Positions 16,594 through 25,261 of a stretch of 25,261 bases of DNA are shown here, piece by piece. Under the pieces are notes generated by a model. The model worked only from the letters and a program-made list of their open reading frames with translations. It searched no databases and had not been told where the DNA came from. Position 1 is the first letter of the stretch, and the number at the start of each line of letters is the position of its first letter. A program made the position numbers and the translations under genes. Source of the stretch: a virus (Duplodnaviria; Caudoviricetes); IMG/VR virus record IMGVR_UViG_3300017766_003845, positions 1-25,261 of that record; one strand, given 5' to 3'.

Positions 16594-17115
16594 TTATTCC
16601 GAATATAAACTACCCAAATCACTATTTTTCATGTATCGGGCTTTGTTGAATTTATCAAGTGATTGGTTGATTTTTTCCAACTCCACTTTTAATTTTTCGT
16701 TTTCTTGTTTTAATTTATCAATTTCTTTTGTGTTCGTAACTTCTTTAATGACAGGAACCTCCACTTTAACCTCTTTGATAATTTCTTTTGTGATTACTTG
16801 AGTATCTCCTTTTATTTCAATAGGGACCTCCTTAATAATTTCTACAATTTTTTCAACAGGAACTTCTTTGATGACTTCTTTCTCTACAATTTTCTCAACA
16901 ATAACTTCCTTTATTACTTCAATTGGAACTTCTTTGATAACTTCTTTCTCTATGATTTTTTGTTTACTTGCACTGATTGGTGTTTCGGGGTATTTTAATG
17001 AAGAAAACCCTTTTTTAAAGGTTTCCTTTGCAAGTTTTTCAATATCGTTAATGTTATTTAGTTGACAATAAAGAATAAATTCGTCATCTATGTCTATAGA
17101 GGTCTTTTTTTTCAT
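16594..17115 (-). CDS. Protein with EVIKEVP/VEKIVE repeats and a C-terminal coiled coil
   Basis: About 80 aa of V/I/E/K/P repeats; ATGA overlap with the upstream gene. Confidence 0.8.
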   Translation of the reverse strand: MKKKTSIDIDDEFILYCQLNNINDIEKLAKETFKKGFSSLKYPETPISASKQKIIEKEVIKEVPIEVIKEVIVEKIVEKEVIKEVPVEKIVEIIKEVPIEIKGDTQVITKEIIKEVKVEVPVIKEVTNTKEIDKLKQENEKLKVELEKINQSLDKFNKARYMKNSDLGSLYSE

Positions 17116-17810
17116 TTAAGATTTGTGAGATATTCTCTGATTAAATACGTATCTCTATTTCTTTCGTTTTTTTGATCTGTAGTAAAGAAATTATGGAATA
17201 TATAACTTTTATCATCCACAGATTCAGTGTAAATTTCATCTAAATTATTTCCTGTTAAATTAAATCTATCATGAAAAATCTTGATGTCATCTTCGTATAA
17301 TGAAACTTGTAATTCATTACTAATTAATTCAATCCAACTATCACAAGCACCACTATTTGACCATCTACCTGTTATGTTAATCCACTCTTTTGGTATGATT
17401 GGAAATAACATTCTATTTGATTGTCTACAATATTCAGTATGATTAATCACCAACGGATTAACGACAAGAAATTTATTTTTGTATTTGTCCATTATTAAAT
17501 CATAATTAGGACTTTCCATAATACAATCATCATTCCACAATAAAAGATAATCTCCGGTTGCAACACTAGCAGCGGTATTAACATAAAGATTTAAATTTCT
17601 ATAATAGTGTCTCTCACTAACCAGTATTTTTATAAAAGATTTATCTGAAATGTATTCTTCTGTTTTTGAAATTGTCTCAACGTCATCATTATCCATAGTG
17701 ACTAAAATTTCTAAATTATTCACATCTGAACATTTTTCAATTAAACTTTCTGTTGACTTAACAAATAAATCAAACCTTTTTCTTGTTGGATAAATGACGG
17801 TTAATTTCAT
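17112..17810 (-). CDS. GT-A fold glycosyltransferase (family 2-like)
   Basis: LTVIYPTRKR, EILVTMDNDD, VNTAASVATGDYLLLWNDD (DxD-like motif). Confidence 0.85.
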   Translation of the reverse strand: MKLTVIYPTRKRFDLFVKSTESLIEKCSDVNNLEILVTMDNDDVETISKTEEYISDKSFIKILVSERHYYRNLNLYVNTAASVATGDYLLLWNDDCIMESPNYDLIMDKYKNKFLVVNPLVINHTEYCRQSNRMLFPIIPKEWINITGRWSNSGACDSWIELISNELQVSLYEDDIKIFHDRFNLTGNNLDEIYTESVDDKSYIFHNFFTTDQKNERNRDTYLIREYLTNLK

Positions 17811-17813
17811 TTT

Positions 17814-19043
17814 TTAATTTCCTACTTTAATATACTTTATATTCTCATCATTTAGATTGAGATATCTCCACACATCTATAACCGTTGATTCATTAGGGAA
17901 TTTAAAATCTCTAAATTCAGAGTGTCTTGTTGCAATGAAATAAGTACCCTTTTCAAAATTAGGTTTATCGGAATCAATAAACGGATCATAATGAACAAAT
18001 TCAACATTTTTTTCTTTTAACATATTACCCAACAATATTGCAGGGGAACCAAGTATTAAATTAGTTTCTTCTTTAAATGTCTTTCCTAAAATATAATAAG
18101 GACCTTCATGTTCTAATATCAAATTCGCTAAGAATTCTGTTTGATTTTCTCTAGCTTCCATAATATCTTCAAAAAAATTATGAGATAGATTAATCTTATC
18201 AGCTAACCAACTCATCGCAATATTATCTCGTGGGTGACAACCTCCACCATCTCCCATACCTCCACTCAAATATTTTGTAGATATAATTCTATTGTTCGCC
18301 AATTTCAAACCACCGAGTACCTCATCCACATTCGCACCTACTTTATGACACATTTCCATTAAAGTATTTGAGAACACTATCTTCATCCCAATAAATGTAT
18401 TATAGGAAACTTTAATTAATTCTGCGTTTTTAATCTTGGTATTATAAACTGGTTTATCATGTATTGTTGCATAAAATTGTTTAACCGTTTCAACAATTTC
18501 TTCACGGTTAGTTCCAAATAAAACAAATTCAGGATTTAAAAAATCGTCTATGGTTGTACCCATCGCAATAAAATACGGATTATACCCCAATAAGAATTTT
18601 TCATTATTTTCTATGATTGGGAAAATTTCTCTTTCAATTGTACCTGGTAATACTGTCGAGATAATGATTACAATTTTAGAATTATCCTGATTACTAATTG
18701 TATCAGATAACGTTTTAATTCCATTTTTTAATGATTCATAATTAAAATCATCTCTCTTGTCTGGTATCCTCGTACAACCTTCATAAATGTATTCGTGTGG
18801 TGTTTGAATGGGTACAAATATGATATCACTATGTTTAACCACATCCTCAACAGATCCATAATTTATAGAATGATTTTGAAGTAATTCATCTGCTCCCTTT
18901 TCTCTATAAGGAATTACTTTATTTTCTAAAATGTCTTTGACTTCTGGGTTTATATCAAAACCCCATACTTGGTGTCCTTTTTCATTGATTGCCAGAGCAC
19001 AAGGTAAACCGAGTTTACCTAATCCAATAAATCCAATATTCAT
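17814..19043 (-). CDS. UDP-glucose/GDP-mannose dehydrogenase family protein
   Basis: Rossmann GFIGLGKLG, STVLPGT, YNPYF, AELIKVSYNTF, catalytic GGGCHPRD, LGKTFK. Confidence 0.92.
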   Translation of the reverse strand: MNIGFIGLGKLGLPCALAINEKGHQVWGFDINPEVKDILENKVIPYREKGADELLQNHSINYGSVEDVVKHSDIIFVPIQTPHEYIYEGCTRIPDKRDDFNYESLKNGIKTLSDTISNQDNSKIVIIISTVLPGTIEREIFPIIENNEKFLLGYNPYFIAMGTTIDDFLNPEFVLFGTNREEIVETVKQFYATIHDKPVYNTKIKNAELIKVSYNTFIGMKIVFSNTLMEMCHKVGANVDEVLGGLKLANNRIISTKYLSGGMGDGGGCHPRDNIAMSWLADKINLSHNFFEDIMEARENQTEFLANLILEHEGPYYILGKTFKEETNLILGSPAILLGNMLKEKNVEFVHYDPFIDSDKPNFEKGTYFIATRHSEFRDFKFPNESTVIDVWRYLNLNDENIKYIKVGN

Positions 19044-19044
19044 A

Positions 19045-19863
19045 TTATTTATTAATTAAAATTTCGTTTTCGGTTTCGATATCTTTAATATCGTTTATTG
19101 TAAAATGTAAAAAAGGTTGGTCATTTTGTAAATCATAAAATGAATATTCATCTTTTACTATATCATAAATACCATATCCATGATTTGTCACAGTTTCACC
19201 GAAATTTTGTTGGATTAGAGACCCAACCATAATACCTTTACCATTATTAGGTAATTTAAATTGTTGTCTTTTGTGTATATCACCACAAAGAAGTATATCC
19301 AAATCAACAAAGTTTAATCTGTCATACCCATCTTCGAATTGAAAACCCATATCGGTTGACATTCCTTGTACCACTCCGTGAAATAAACCGACATTAATTT
19401 CACCATCAATTGATTTTTCAAATTGTGGTCTTTCATTATGTTGATAAAGTGAATAAACCACCCAATTGATATTATCATCTTTATATACTCCACTATCTTT
19501 AAAATATTTGATATTTTTATTATCTAATAATTCAACAACAGGTGTAATACTGTCTACACGTTGTGTATTGTTTTCTAAGAAATCGTGGTTACCGGGTATA
19601 ATGATGACTTTACCATACAAAGATAATTGGTTTAAAAACCAACTAGTTAAAAGTAATTGTTCATTAGAAATATTGATTTTTTGGTGTGCAATATCACCAG
19701 CAATTACAATACGAATTTCATCCCATTTAATACCTTCAGATGTCCATTTCGCACTATGTTCTCGTATTTCTTCAATTAATTTATCAAATTGTTTTTTATA
19801 CAACTCATGTAATTGAATCGTTCTGATATGAATATCAGCGATATGTATAAGTTTTTTTACCAT
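19045..19863 (-). CDS. sbcD: SbcD/Mre11 (gp47-like) metallophosphoesterase nuclease
   Basis: Motifs ADIH, AGD, PGNHD, FHG, GDIHKRQ, GSLIQQNFGE. Confidence 0.9.
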   Translation of the reverse strand: MVKKLIHIADIHIRTIQLHELYKKQFDKLIEEIREHSAKWTSEGIKWDEIRIVIAGDIAHQKINISNEQLLLTSWFLNQLSLYGKVIIIPGNHDFLENNTQRVDSITPVVELLDNKNIKYFKDSGVYKDDNINWVVYSLYQHNERPQFEKSIDGEINVGLFHGVVQGMSTDMGFQFEDGYDRLNFVDLDILLCGDIHKRQQFKLPNNGKGIMVGSLIQQNFGETVTNHGYGIYDIVKDEYSFYDLQNDQPFLHFTINDIKDIETENEILINK

Positions 19864-20716
19864 AATTAATATATTTCGTTATATCTAAATCCATTACCAA
19901 TTTATTCACTTTTTGTGGTACTTTATACTCAACAAATGTCCCATCTTCTTTTAGTAGTACGATTACACACCCTAATAATTTTAGGTTTTCATATTTTGTA
20001 CCTCTCAACATTTTTAACAATAATCTCGCATACAATGGAAGTTGTAAATAGTAATGACCTAATGCTGTATCGTGATATTCATTAAACGGTGAATACATCC
20101 TACCAGTGTAATGTTGAACTTCGAAGTTTTTTGGTTGATTTGTTTTCCAATCGGTAATTACCAAACCAAAATCTGTTTGCTCTTTATTCAACATTAACCA
20201 ACATTTATCAGGTTGTCCTGTGTATCCTAATTCATTATCACCAAGAATAATTTCAGTATCCAATAATACCGCACCTCTTTCTTCCATCAGGGTTAAGAAT
20301 TCTTTTCCAGCAACAATCATACTTTCACTCTTGGTTAATTGTGCTTCATCACACTCAAAGATTGGTTGTCTTACATCCTTATAATTTCCGTTTCTATGTA
20401 TCGCCTCAATTTCAAGTTCAAAATGTACTCTACTTCCCATGTTAGTAGCATACTTACCTAAATCTTTCCATTGTTCTTGTAGTTGTGATGCCGCCTCAGG
20501 GTCACCATTACACATTCTAAGTGATGTACCTTCCACATCGAATGGTTTGTGGAATTTTTTAATTAATTTAGACACAGATGGGAATGTTTTTCTTAAAACA
20601 CCCTCAGTATCTCTCATATAATAAATGTGTTCTTCCTCGACAAAAGATATGTCAAGTTCTTTTCTCCTTTGTTCTAAAAGTTCATTTATTTCTTTTGAAA
20701 TTTCTTTTAAATTCAT
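19835..20716 (-). CDS. PD-(D/E)xK exonuclease (RecB/Cas4-like superfamily)
   Basis: PSVS, GSRVH, E...GQPD...DWKT...YYLQLPLY motifs. Confidence 0.85.
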   Translation of the reverse strand: MNLKEISKEINELLEQRRKELDISFVEEEHIYYMRDTEGVLRKTFPSVSKLIKKFHKPFDVEGTSLRMCNGDPEAASQLQEQWKDLGKYATNMGSRVHFELEIEAIHRNGNYKDVRQPIFECDEAQLTKSESMIVAGKEFLTLMEERGAVLLDTEIILGDNELGYTGQPDKCWLMLNKEQTDFGLVITDWKTNQPKNFEVQHYTGRMYSPFNEYHDTALGHYYLQLPLYARLLLKMLRGTKYENLKLLGCVIVLLKEDGTFVEYKVPQKVNKLVMDLDITKYINYGKKTYTYR

Positions 20717-21654
20717 TAATCTAATTGTTTTATTTTATATTGACTTAAATCTCCTTTTAAGTCAGCAATATCATTATCACCTTCTAATTTGACTATCCAA
20801 ACTTTACCCATTAATTTTCCACAATTTAATTTATGAAATAGTTTTTCGGCATCAGTCCACGCGTCGGGATCTAAAACTATAATAATCTTTTTCGCGGAAT
20901 TATAAAGTCTATTGAAAAGATTCTGTGTCATATATTTCCCTAACATTGGTATTGAATTATCTAAGAATATGGAATCAAACGCACCCTCAACAATATAAAT
21001 CGGTTCATCCCAATTTATTAAATGTTCATTCCATATTAAGTTTTCTTTATCCACCTCAGGGTTTTTATATTTCATTTTTGTTCTTGTCAAATAAGAACGA
21101 GCAATAAAATAATTCAAATTATCATTTAAGTCATAAGATGGAATGATAATCCTATTTTCATATAAACCTTCATGACAAAATCCAATATTATACTTTTGAA
21201 TTTGTTGTTCGGTTATATTTCTACTTTTAATATAATTAAACGCTTGTTTATATTGTGGGGTTAATTTAAAACCAAATGTTACATCTTTGAATGGTATGAA
21301 TTCTTTTGGTAATCTAAGTTGCTTGTATACTTTTTTGGGTGTGTCAGTATCTTCAGGTCTTAACAGTTGGTATTTCTTAAGTTGTCTCGATGTTCCGTAT
21401 TTTTTAATTAATTTAAATAAGGAACCGTGAGTTTCGTGTGACTCAGCACAAACCCAACACTTATAAACATTATGTTTATAATTTATTTCTAAATTACCCT
21501 TACCATCTCCGTGTTCCAATCCTTTTACATCATACGAACAGACAGGACAATCAAAAGATATTTGACCTCGATAATCATTATGAAATTTATAATCACCGAA
21601 GACATCTTCTAAAATATCAATAACACCAGAGTAATCTACTTCTTGTTCCACCAT
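20716..21654 (-). CDS. DNA primase (Zn-binding domain plus TOPRIM)
   Basis: CPVC...CWVC zinc finger, RIIIP, KYKNP, IVEGAFD, LDPD; start assigned to ATG 21654 because the longer track ORF runs through the terminator hairpin. Confidence 0.9.
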   Translation of the reverse strand: MVEQEVDYSGVIDILEDVFGDYKFHNDYRGQISFDCPVCSYDVKGLEHGDGKGNLEINYKHNVYKCWVCAESHETHGSLFKLIKKYGTSRQLKKYQLLRPEDTDTPKKVYKQLRLPKEFIPFKDVTFGFKLTPQYKQAFNYIKSRNITEQQIQKYNIGFCHEGLYENRIIIPSYDLNDNLNYFIARSYLTRTKMKYKNPEVDKENLIWNEHLINWDEPIYIVEGAFDSIFLDNSIPMLGKYMTQNLFNRLYNSAKKIIIVLDPDAWTDAEKLFHKLNCGKLMGKVWIVKLEGDNDIADLKGDLSQYKIKQLD

Positions 21655-21685
21655 AGTTAGAGATAATATATGAAAAAAATACCGT

Positions 21686-21718
21686 AAAAAAAAATCCCCC
21701 GGACACCACCCCGGGGGA
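21686..21718 (-). terminator. Strong intrinsic terminator
   Basis: TCCCCCGG-8 nt loop-CCGGGGGA perfect 8-bp stem (21695-21718) followed by T9 on the minus strand. Confidence 0.85.
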
Positions 21719-21756
21719 ACCAACTAAACATGTATTACTACACGTCCCGTCCTACT
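21686..21756 (-). ncRNA. Candidate ~70-nt small RNA
   Basis: GC-rich island with a promoter-like TATATTTATT just upstream, a GUAA-tetraloop hairpin (21728-21745) and a terminator. Confidence 0.4.
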
Positions 21757-21808
21757 TAAATAAATATATGGTAAAAAAAATCTATTAAAAAATTTTAGTT
21801 GCCAAATT

Positions 21809-22417
21809 TTATTCTTGTTTAATCATGTTGATATAACCGATTACTGCAGTTGCAGCATCCGCCATATCATAATTTTCTTTTTTAAGGTTTCCTGTTTTAC
21901 CGTACAACCAATTTACTTCAGGACAAACCGAATTTACGTGTTCCCAAATAACGTGTTTTTTGTCAATGTCTTTAGGATAACCACCAAATAATACATTCCT
22001 GTTCTTGTCATTTTTACCAACCAAGTCGGGAAATGCAAATTTTCTTGCGTTATATGTTGAAATAAATGTTGGTAGAATACCTAATATATCATAACAGTTT
22101 TTAAGAATTAATGTGTTATATCTTAAAAGTGTTCCGACTGTATAAATGTTATTTGACTGTAATAAAGGTTCCTCAATGATAACTCTCGTAATCCCCACAT
22201 CTTTATACCCTTGAAGATGTTCTTTAAACGCATCCGCTTTTTTTATTAACTCTTCAATCTTATCTTCAGGTTGAGGTTTAATTTTCGGAGAAAAATGAGT
22301 TAGTTCAAGAAGTTTTGAACCCGTTATGTCAAATAATGCGAACCCAATAACTTTAGTTGAAATGTCTAAACCTAATATCTTAGGTGAACTTTTAAATTTT
22401 TCAATTTTATCTTTCAT
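21809..22417 (-). CDS. RuvC-like Holliday junction resolvase
   Basis: ILGLDISTKVIGFA, IIEEP and DMADA acidic motifs; probable start MKDKIEK at 22417. Confidence 0.8.
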   Translation of the reverse strand: MKDKIEKFKSSPKILGLDISTKVIGFALFDITGSKLLELTHFSPKIKPQPEDKIEELIKKADAFKEHLQGYKDVGITRVIIEEPLLQSNNIYTVGTLLRYNTLILKNCYDILGILPTFISTYNARKFAFPDLVGKNDKNRNVLFGGYPKDIDKKHVIWEHVNSVCPEVNWLYGKTGNLKKENYDMADAATAVIGYINMIKQE

Positions 22418-23096
22418 ATTCTTCATAATATACCCATTTAAATCCTCCAGCAGTTTTACATTTTCCACTGCAACATTCGGATATGTGTCTTATTTTTAAT
22501 TTTTTTTCAGTTTCATTAATTCCGAACCAAGTTTCAATATATTCACCTAATTTGGTTAATTGAACTATTTTCTTTTTTTCATTATTATGTCCCTCTGATA
22601 ATGATTTTTTTCTTTCATCCGAAAGAATTAAACCTTTATTTGGGGATGTCCTTCCTTTTAATGATAATGATAGGTTTTTTCTATGAGAAAGTGAACGCTC
22701 TTTTCCGTTATTTAAATGTGGTATTGGTTTACCTTTTTTTGATTTAGACATTTTTAATTTACTAATTTCAGTATGTTTTCTTCCTTTAGTAGATGGTGGT
22801 TCATCTCCACCTTTGGTTCCATTAGTTAAATTACACCCTAAAAATTTAAAATATTCAATATAAAACATTTCCCAATATTGCCATTCATCGGTTTTCACTG
22901 AATCAATAATAATAATTTCGGGAATACAATTGTTCTTTAATAATTTTCTAATCCACCTATCTTTGTATGAATTGTGTAAATTAACTTCATTTATATGTCT
23001 TCTATGTCTGCGGTTAATGTCAACAGTTTTACCTATATATCGTAATTCATTTGTTATTGGTTCAATTAAACCATATATGTATGTTTTTTCTTTCAT
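22407..23096 (-). mobile_element. Free-standing GIY-YIG homing endonuclease with NUMOD3- and NUMOD1-like DNA-binding modules
   Basis: YIYGL...RYIGKT...RHRRH...E...N nuclease domain; KHTEISKLKMSKSKKGK-type repeats; C-terminal ISECCSGKCKTAGGFKW; probable start ATG 23096. Confidence 0.88.
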
Positions 23097-23147
23097 ACAT
23101 ATAAATACATACAAAAAACAGTTTGTTGAGATATCTAACCCTAAACT

Positions 23148-25261
23148 TTAAAAATCTAATCTAATAGAAAAAACTTGAGTACCCGTTCTCTCAACTGGTA
23201 TTGCAGATTTACTTTTAACTAAAACATCTTTATTTAAATCCAATAAGGTAATTTCAGTTATGTATTTTTTTGTACCAGTATGTGTTGGATTTTGAGTAGT
23301 TGTAAATTGTGTTGCAGGTAAGTTTACTAAGAAATTCATTTGTTCAACATCACTCGCTCTAACTAACCTAATACTACCAGGGAACGGTTGTTCGTCACCA
23401 AATTGAGAATCGGATGATGGGTCTGTTTGAAGATAATTTGAACCCATATATGTTTCTAAATCAAAAAACGGAGCACTATCAAATAAAGATTTGGTGATGG
23501 TAAATGTTGTTGATGTTATACCTGATAAAGTTGTGCCTCCCGCTTGTGTTGTAAAATCAATAATTTTCCATTCTAATGGATTAGGTAATCTATCCGTATT
23601 ATCGGTTGTGTCCTGAACTAAAATAAAAAAACGTTTAGGTTTCAATTGTGATAAAAATCCATCTGCAGTAAAATAATTAAATGTATCACTATTAAATTTA
23701 ACATTTATATTAGACGGATAATTTATTGTTGTACACGCGTCTCCGTCACCATCACTATCAGTTGTTATTTTTACATAATAGTTACAAGGTAATGTATTAA
23801 GTGGAGATGTTGAACCACTTGTCTCAGACATCATGTAAGTAACATAGAATGTTTGTCCTGTTGTACCTGATATTAATGAATTTGACGACGTTTCATTACT
23901 TGGTGCGGCGTTTATTCTTGGTGCACCTAATGTGTATTTCCTGTTACTTCTATAATCTAAAATGGCAACTAATTCTTGGTCATCAAATACAACTATTTTA
24001 TTTTTAGGAAAAACTTTACCGACTTTATTTCCTTGTTCATCAATCAAATATCTAAACAATAAATCATGTCTATCATTCTTTGTTGACCTAACATAATAAT
24101 CTGTTGTGTCCATATAAAACAACGCTCCATATGTTGTTCCTGTATTTCTGTGATAATAGATAAATGGAATATAAATTTCAAAATATTCGGTATCACTAAT
24201 CTCATCACCGTTTCTGTCTTCAACTATTGAAATATCTTGTCCTGTTATACCTGTTTTATAACTGATATAATCATCGTATTTGTAAAATCTTTCAGGGTCA
24301 TTAATTAAATCACCCAATTCTGAATAATGTATAATCGCAACACATCTTTGTTCTTTTGGTAAAACTTCAATCATCTCATTAAATGAGTTTAAAAATCCCG
24401 TACCAATATTTTTTGAACTAAATGGATTGATTGTTCCACCTGTTAAATTTTCAAATGTTTGTCCTGTAGACGTGTAACCTAAGAATTCTTTGGTTGAAAC
24501 AAATCTATTACTTGTGTATCCTGACAATCCCTCATTTGTTCCGTTAACATCCGCACCTGTTGGTTTTTGACCCCAAACCACATTTAATGTCCATGCATTT
24601 TGTTGATCCATAGAATCTATTGGTGATGGTAAACATTCACCCAATACTTCATTTGGATATTCCATTTCACATTTGTTACAAATAACATTTATATTACCTG
24701 TTAACCCTGTGAAATTCGGAGTTAATCTATCTAAATTTAATGTGTTTCCTGAAATACTTTCAATTCTATAAATTAAACTACTTGAATTACCTGTTAAGAT
24801 TGGTGGGATATCACAAAATTGATCAAATACAACGGTGATATATTCACAATTATTAAAACTTGAACCCGATACAACTTGAATTGATGTTCCTCCTGTCAAT
24901 GAAGTGATACTAACAGTTTGTGTTTCACATTGTATTGTGGTTGATTTAACTGTTGGGTCTGAACACGATTCGAACTCATTATATTCTGAGATATATCCCG
25001 CGGGACCCATAACATTTCTTATTGTATATGTTGTAGATTGTTGAATTGGTGTACCGTATGTTGTACCACTTGTAGATGAATCTATCTTATATGGATATTT
25101 TATAGATGTTTCCTTATCAAATGGAGATAAAACTTTTTGATGTTTATTATCTCGATAACAACCATATATACCAGCAGCACTATTACATTCATTTAAGGAA
25201 TTAAACGGCCCGAATATTTGGTTTAGATTATTATTATAATACCATTTTGATTGACCTGTCA
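23148..25261 (-). CDS. Large virion structural protein (tail/baseplate-like), 5'-truncated by the window edge
   Basis: The frame stays open from 25010 to the window end with no stop; Thr/Ser/Gly-rich; C-terminal YITEITLLD...VKSK...RLDF resembles phage tail/baseplate termini. Confidence 0.7.
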   Translation of the reverse strand, partial: TGQSKWYYNNNLNQIFGPFNSLNECNSAAGIYGCYRDNKHQKVLSPFDKETSIKYPYKIDSSTSGTTYGTPIQQSTTYTIRNVMGPAGYISEYNEFESCSDPTVKSTTIQCETQTVSITSLTGGTSIQVVSGSSFNNCEYITVVFDQFCDIPPILTGNSSSLIYRIESISGNTLNLDRLTPNFTGLTGNINVICNKCEMEYPNEVLGECLPSPIDSMDQQNAWTLNVVWGQKPTGADVNGTNEGLSGYTSNRFVSTKEFLGYTSTGQTFENLTGGTINPFSSKNIGTGFLNSFNEMIEVLPKEQRCVAIIHYSELGDLINDPERFYKYDDYISYKTGITGQDISIVEDRNGDEISDTEYFEIYIPFIYYHRNTGTTYGALFYMDTTDYYVRSTKNDRHDLLFRYLIDEQGNKVGKVFPKNKIVVFDDQELVAILDYRSNRKYTLGAPRINAAPSNETSSNSLISGTTGQTFYVTYMMSETSGSTSPLNTLPCNYYVKITTDSDGDGDACTTINYPSNINVKFNSDTFNYFTADGFLSQLKPKRFFILVQDTTDNTDRLPNPLEWKIIDFTTQAGGTTLSGITSTTFTITKSLFDSAPFFDLETYMGSNYLQTDPSSDSQFGDEQPFPGSIRLVRASDVEQMNFLVNLPATQFTTTQNPTHTGTKKYITEITLLDLNKDVLVKSKSAIPVERTGTQVFSIRLDF

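Noticed and set aside
19835-20716. Cas4 as part of a CRISPR-Cas system
   Set aside because: No Fe-S cysteine cluster, array or other cas genes; it sits between primase and sbcD like a standard phage exonuclease.
21655-21723. N-terminal extension of primase (MVPPGWCPGDFF...) in the ORF track
   Set aside because: It is a translation of the terminator hairpin and T-tract; ATG 21654 is the credible start.
21686-21756. tRNA gene
   Set aside because: The length is similar, but there is no cloverleaf, no TTCRA T-loop and no acceptor stem.
4893-23151. Numerous plus-strand ORFs in the track (e.g. 4893-5153, 8418-8813, 12807-13082, 19466-19816)
   Set aside because: They are antisense shadows of well-supported minus-strand genes, Ser/Phe/Ile-rich and without motifs.
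1-25261. Alternative genetic code (TAG/TGA reassignment), as in some large phages
   Set aside because: Recognisable genes are full length under code 11, and both TAG and TGA act as genuine stops (e.g. ATGA overlaps).

Overview
This strongly AT-rich, gene-dense window is almost entirely coded on the minus strand and looks like part of a large tailed dsDNA phage genome. The probable host is Bacteroidota, based on the sigma70, ClpP and Hc1-like proteins, TTTG-N19/20-TAnnTTTG promoters and a Q-rule signal peptide. From right to left it carries a truncated virion structural gene, a GIY-YIG homing endonuclease, a RuvC-like resolvase, a candidate ~70-nt ncRNA/terminator, a primase and a PD-(D/E)xK exonuclease. 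SbcD and SbcC follow, separated by five genes that include a UDP-sugar dehydrogenase and a glycosyltransferase. Further left are ClpP, a spanin-like envelope trio, sigma70, a membrane protein with a candidate -1 frameshift beside a degenerate amidase, a modular putative head protein, an Hc1-like protein, a Dam-family methylase with a beta-clamp-like motif, and NusG. The most notable signals are the A10 slippery site at 8226-8235, the structured intergenic RNA at about 21686-21756, the recurring TATTTATA motif just upstream of start codons, the QLSMF motif in the methylase and the host-type transcription toolkit. All family assignments come from motif recognition by eye, not database searches.
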